From: a virus
Taxonomy: Duplodnaviria > Caudoviricetes
IMG/VR virus record: IMGVR_UViG_3300028886_000003
Span: 32,001 to 96,000 of that record
DNA length: 64,000 nt
Strand: one strand, 5' to 3'
Shown: piece after piece, positions 58,717 through 64,000 of the stretch
Layout of the letters: each line of letters opens with the position of its first letter
Numbering within the stretch: the first letter of the stretch is position 1
Notes under the pieces: model-generated
Databases searched by the model: none
What the model was told of the DNA's origin: nothing
The model's input: only the letters and a program-made list of their open reading frames with translations
Program-made: the position numbers and the translations under genes

Positions 58717-59709
58717 TTCGTTTAATTAATTTTTTTAATTGATGAACTAAATTATTGTATTTTCTATTTGCTTCCGCGGTAAGATAAATTTGATGATTTA
58801 GAAAATTAAGCCATTCTGTTGCTTTCTCTGGTTCATCTAATTTAAACATTATTGGATCTAATTCTTTATGTAAATCATGTATGTATATAGCATAATCTGT
58901 AGCTTCAAGATAGAAACGTTTTGATTTCATTTTTAACCTCCTTCTTCGTTATTTTCTTCTTCATCATTAAGATTTATTTTAAAGTCTTGGACTGGAATTT
59001 CATGTCTATTACCATCATCATCGGTAACTGATAGTGATGCATCATAATGTCCAAATAAAACACTTGGTTCATCATCTTCTTCGTTATTAAATAAATCTTC
59101 GAATCCATTAGGGACAACAGTATCGGATGGTACAATGTCTTTTGATGAAGGTGTTCCTGCAGAAAGTATTTTTTTTAATAACTGAAGAAAAGTGTGATCA
59201 TGTTTTAGTTTAATTGCTAATACATCTTGTCCTCCTATTTCACCATATCCACACTCAATGTCATCAATAGGAATTTTATGTTCTCCGTCATCATAAAATA
59301 ATACTAAATTATCAACATTGTATTCTTCTGATGCTTCTGCTAGTCCTTCTTTTATTGTATCTAATACTTCAAAAAAATCTTTTAGTTTCATCATATATAT
59401 CACCTATATGTAATGTGGACAAATTGAGTCTAAAACAGGGGTTTTATGGTTAAAATTACATATTAATTTACCATCTCTGGTCCATGTGGTACGTCCACAG
59501 TTACCACAGCAACGAGCATTGCAATTCATTTGTTCAACTTCATCTATAAATTCTGATAAATTAGAGAGTTGAGTTTCTCGTTCATCTATTCTTTTTATAT
59601 CTAAATATTCTCTTTCTACTTTGTCGAAAAAGTTTACATGTTGTTGAGCGTCCCATATGTGGAAAAATACTGCTTCAACATTATTCTTGTACAAAACTAC
59701 ATAAATCAT
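58700..59709 (-). CDS. Three hypothetical genes (58700-58930, 58933-59403, 59404-59709)
   Basis: ORF track, tight packing. Confidence 0.45.
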
Positions 59710-59769
59710 TTTATCACCTCATTGTTTTGTAATTATAATTTTAATTAAACTCATATATAAATGTTTCTA

Positions 59770-62700
59770 TTATATTTCTTTTTTAGGTATAGCTACAATA
59801 GATAGAAATGGATCATCGTGTAAATATGGTGATTCATCTATTTCAAAATGAATCTCGTAATAGTAAGAAAGTATGAATATTGCTTCATCTTCTGATATTT
59901 GATCTCGATCCATTATTTTATTAATAAGTTGCCTGTAACATTCTTTATATGCATCGTAAACTATTTTATTATACCTATCTTGAAAATGTGAAAGGTATCT
60001 TGGATGTATTTCTGATTCAATACGTTCTGCTTGAAGTTTCATTTTTATCACACCCTTTGTGATTGTACACACTTAATTAACTGATGCTCTAATTCCTTAT
60101 TATTGTCATAAAGTTTATTAAGTTCATAAGTGATTATTTGAGCATCTGTTTTATATTTAAGCCCACCAATAATAAGTAAACCATTAGGATCACGTATTGA
60201 ATATTCACCAATAACATTAGTTACAACTTTATATTCTTTTATATCCATATTTTTTACTCCTTATATTCTTTTAAATAATCAACATATTGGAATATGCTAT
60301 CTTTATGGTAAACTTCTTCTCTTAATTTCTTTAAGCATTCTTCTTCAAGCAAATATTTGTCATCTTTTGTTTTTCTATATTTTGCTTGACAGTACCATAT
60401 TTTAAATTGTAATAATTCGGTTAAGTAATCAGAATCATATCCATTATTATTTAAAACTTCAACAATTTCTTCTGCATTATATGCCATGTCTAAATTCTGA
60501 TTATATACTGATGTATTGTCTTTAAATGCTCTATCGTCGCTACATCTTTCGCACTCTACTACTACAAAACGATCTCTTCTTGGCTTCCAATATTTCATTT
60601 TTTATACACCACCTTTTCTTATATAATCCATTTTCTCTTTAAACATTTTATCTTTAATTTCCAAATATGCAGTATTACCATATTTTAATCGTAATTCTGC
60701 TTCTTTTAGTGTATTTGCTTCTTTAAGTTCACTTGTTATTTCTCTTATAACATCAGCAGTATCTCTTGAAATCTCTATGCGCATCATTCTAAATCCTCCT
60801 CATCTAAAATTTTAAAAAAATCCATAGTATCATCTAAATCACTAATCAATTGATCAAGTGTGGCTACTCCACTAAAATCATTATTTACAAAACAATCCTC
60901 TCTAAATGAACCAATTATTTTAAACAAAAGCTGTATATTTTTTTGATTATCTTTTTTTAATCGCTCATTCTCTTCCATCAAATACTTGTTATGTTCTTCA
61001 AATCTTTTAGTTTGATTCCACAAGCTATTACATAACTCAATAACCTCATCAAAATAATCAACATAATAGGTTTTTTTTGTAAGATTATCAGTAAAACTTT
61101 GATCTTCAATCGCTTCAAAACCATCATCAACAAATCGTTCATTTTCACTCATTATTACAACTCCTTTTTTAAATTTTTTAATGTATTAATACTGTGAATT
61201 ATATTGTGCATAGGACACATTCCATTTTTTTGACCGAAATCATACTTTCTTTGAAGTTTATCAATATTTTTATCAATAATGTTAAATACTCTATCTTTGA
61301 ATTCTTTGTTTTCTTTTTCAAGATTGAAATTCTCGATAACTATTTCATCAGTATTGTTTAAAATTTCAACAATATCATCAATACTATATGCAAAACCTAA
61401 TCTTTGGTTATACACACATTTATTGTTCTGAAAAGCCTTATCATCAGAACATTCTTTACATTCCATTACTATGAATCGTGGTTCACTAGAATTCCATCTA
61501 ATATTATACAATTCATTTATATTTTTTTCAGTCATTCTTTTATCTCCTTTATTTCTAATGTCACTTGAAATGTTTTTCCAGTTTTTTCGCCAGTAAATTC
61601 AAATGTTCTCTTACAAATCCTTAATCTGCTTTCTTTATCTAAATCCCTAATTGCTCCTCTGTGTATTTGATGAATTGCAGATTTTAAACATTGCAAGTCA
61701 TAATAATTTAAATCTATCAAATTTTTATCAGTCATTCATATCCCTCAAAACTTTTAGTTTTATCACCCAAGACTTCAATATGTCTTAATCTTTTATTAGG
61801 TTTAGGAATTTCGTTTTTAGTTTTCTTTTTTAACTGTTCACTTTCTTCATGTAATTTATTCATTTCATCACAATATTTCTGTTGCTGTTCTTTACTCGGC
61901 CATACTGTTACTGGTATGATACCAAGAGTATCTTCAACCATATCTCCATATATTTGAAATCGTTTATTTTTAGTCATTCTAAATCTCCTCAAACATATCA
62001 CATTCAAATACTTCGTCACAATCAATTCCCTTTTTTATAGAACACCAAGTATCCACTTCTCTATCAGATACCCAAGTACCTTTTTGATGTTTACAATCAA
62101 TACATAAACTATATTCTCGTTTTTTAGTCATTCTAATTCCTCAATATTTTCTTTTAATTCATCATAATTATAAATAAATATACTACCAAATTGACAATAA
62201 TACTCCATATCATCTCCAAACTCATCTTGGAGCTTTTCCCAGTCTTCTAAAGGTGTTGCATGAATACATGATTCTAATTTATATTCATCTTCAAAAAACC
62301 ATAATACATATTTTTCATTATTTATTTCAACAATTGAATCTATTAATTTCATTTTTCTAACACCTGCCTATACTTATACCTAAAGCAATACCCACACACA
62401 TCATTCCTAATATTTGCTGAATAACATATTCTTTAGTTAAAGGGAAGAATATCCCCCATAATATTAATCCTAAAGCTATTAAAACTATAATCAAACGAAT
62501 TGTAAGCTTCATTCTTTCAGCTTTTTTATTTCTTTTATTCTCGTCATTTAATTCATTTATAACATCTACCAATTCATCTTCACCTATAGGACTAAACTCA
62601 TATTCTCTATCGTTAATTCCAGTTTCATCAAGATAAAATCGTTTATTTTTACTCATTTTTATCACTCCATTTTCTTATCAAATGTCTTAAAAATGCTTCT

Positions 62701-63946
62701 TCATCACTAATCATTGGTTCTTGATTCATCATTTGTTCAAGTATTTCTTCTCTTGTAGGTTTTTCTCCATTATCTATATATAGTATACTCATATGTTTTG
62801 CCCAAGTAGGAAATTGTCTTTCATTCATTCTTTTAACTCCTTCATATTTCATTTATACTTATACCTAAATCTTTAAGAACATCAACATAAATACTAATCA
62901 ATTCATTAGCATCTACTAATTGCTCTTTTAATTGTTCATTCTCATTAACAATTTTATTAATCTCGTTACACAATTGCTGTGAATCATATTTTCTTTTACC
63001 ATATTTTTTGCCAGTAGCATTATCTACAATCCCATAATGATTACTTCCAATTGGTATATCATGTTTTACTTCAAATCGTTTATCTTCGGCCATTTATAAC
63101 CACTTCTTTCTGAATTTGTTACAAGTTTTACCACTGTAGGACACCTGAATATTCCGTAGAGGACAATAAAAATTATAATAATATATACATTGACCACAAG
63201 TACGAGTTTGTTTATTTTCAGTCATTCTTTTCCCTCATTAACTTTTTAAATGGATCTGAAAGTTTATACCCTTGTTCTTGTGCAATATCTAACTCATGTA
63301 ACAATATACTATTAAAAGATGAATTATTACAAGCAATTGACTTCCAACGTTCTTTTTCTTTTTTTAATTCTATTAATGCTTGATTTTGTCTATCGAGTTG
63401 CTCATCTTTCTCATTATCAAGTGCTTCCCAGTTTTGTACTAATAATTTTAATGAATTATTTGTCATTTTTAACTCATCATTCTTATTCAACAAATCTGTC
63501 ACTTCTCTATAGGTCATACGCTCTCCATCGCAAAAAATCTCACACTCATTATCTTCTAAATCCTTAAAACCACAAGGATAATCTGCAATAAATGTATGAA
63601 CAGTAAATCGTTTTTTAATCATCCTAAATCACCATGCTTTACAAAGTTTTTCAATAGTTTGTTTTAAATTCTCATTCTCTTTTTCCAATCTGTCCACCTT
63701 ACAACCATACTTGATACATAATTTATTTAATTTTTTATTTGCTCTTTTTAATTTATCGATTTCATTATTTTCTAACTCTTTAATTTCTTTTTTTAATTTT
63801 AATCCTTTTTCAAATTCGGCATCAAGTAATGAATGAATATAATCCCTATCATTTTCTAGTTCGGCATAAGATAATCTTAACTTAGATAATTCAATACTTA
63901 ATCGATTATATTCTGTTTTATAATCTATTGCTTTATCATTATTCAT
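59770..63946 (-). CDS. Array of about 16 small early genes, many of an MTxKRF...LNEL..ENE.LK family
   Basis: Shared N-terminal and coiled-coil C-terminal modules; ATGA start/stop overlaps. Confidence 0.55.
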
Positions 63947-64000
63947 TCTTCCAACTCCTTTTTCAATTCTTCTAATAATTCAATTTCGTCATATATGATA

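Overview
Very AT-rich 64-kb segment of a large tailed dsDNA virus (Caudoviricetes-like) infecting a pseudomurein-walled methanogen (Methanobacteriales, e.g. Methanobrevibacter/Methanosphaera). Host inference rests on a PeiR-like endolysin (pseudomurein-binding-type region plus C39 peptidase), an HMf-type archaeal histone, a tRNA-Thr with a perfect bulge-helix-bulge intron, BRE-TATA promoters and GGTGA-type RBSs. Bases 1-25628 (+) are a late module: tail fibres/adhesins, endolysin and giant baseplate/tail proteins. Bases 25629-64000 (mostly -) hold early/middle genes: histone, tandem repeat-rich HNH nucleases, class III RNR, dUTPase/dCTP deaminase, an IS110/Nop-domain (TasA-like) protein, ERCC4 nuclease, two C5 methyltransferases, fused PriS-PriL primase, Cas4-like nuclease, a bacterial-type DnaE split over three genes, an AAA ATPase, 7 tRNAs plus one aberrant tRNA-like gene, a DUF2828/TROVE-vWA protein, kinases and many small orphans. 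Best candidate for an undescribed system: three promoter-driven ACAGCAA hairpin RNAs, one displaying a tRNA-Phe-like anticodon loop, directly upstream of the Ro60-like DUF2828 gene inside the tRNA cluster. Other highlights are a start-less spare tail-fibre tip cassette, a nuclease-less TasA-like gene without a visible guide array, a viral histone with a K-to-E change, and an HNH-plus-small-partner duplication array. All calls are from motif recognition by eye; no searches were run.
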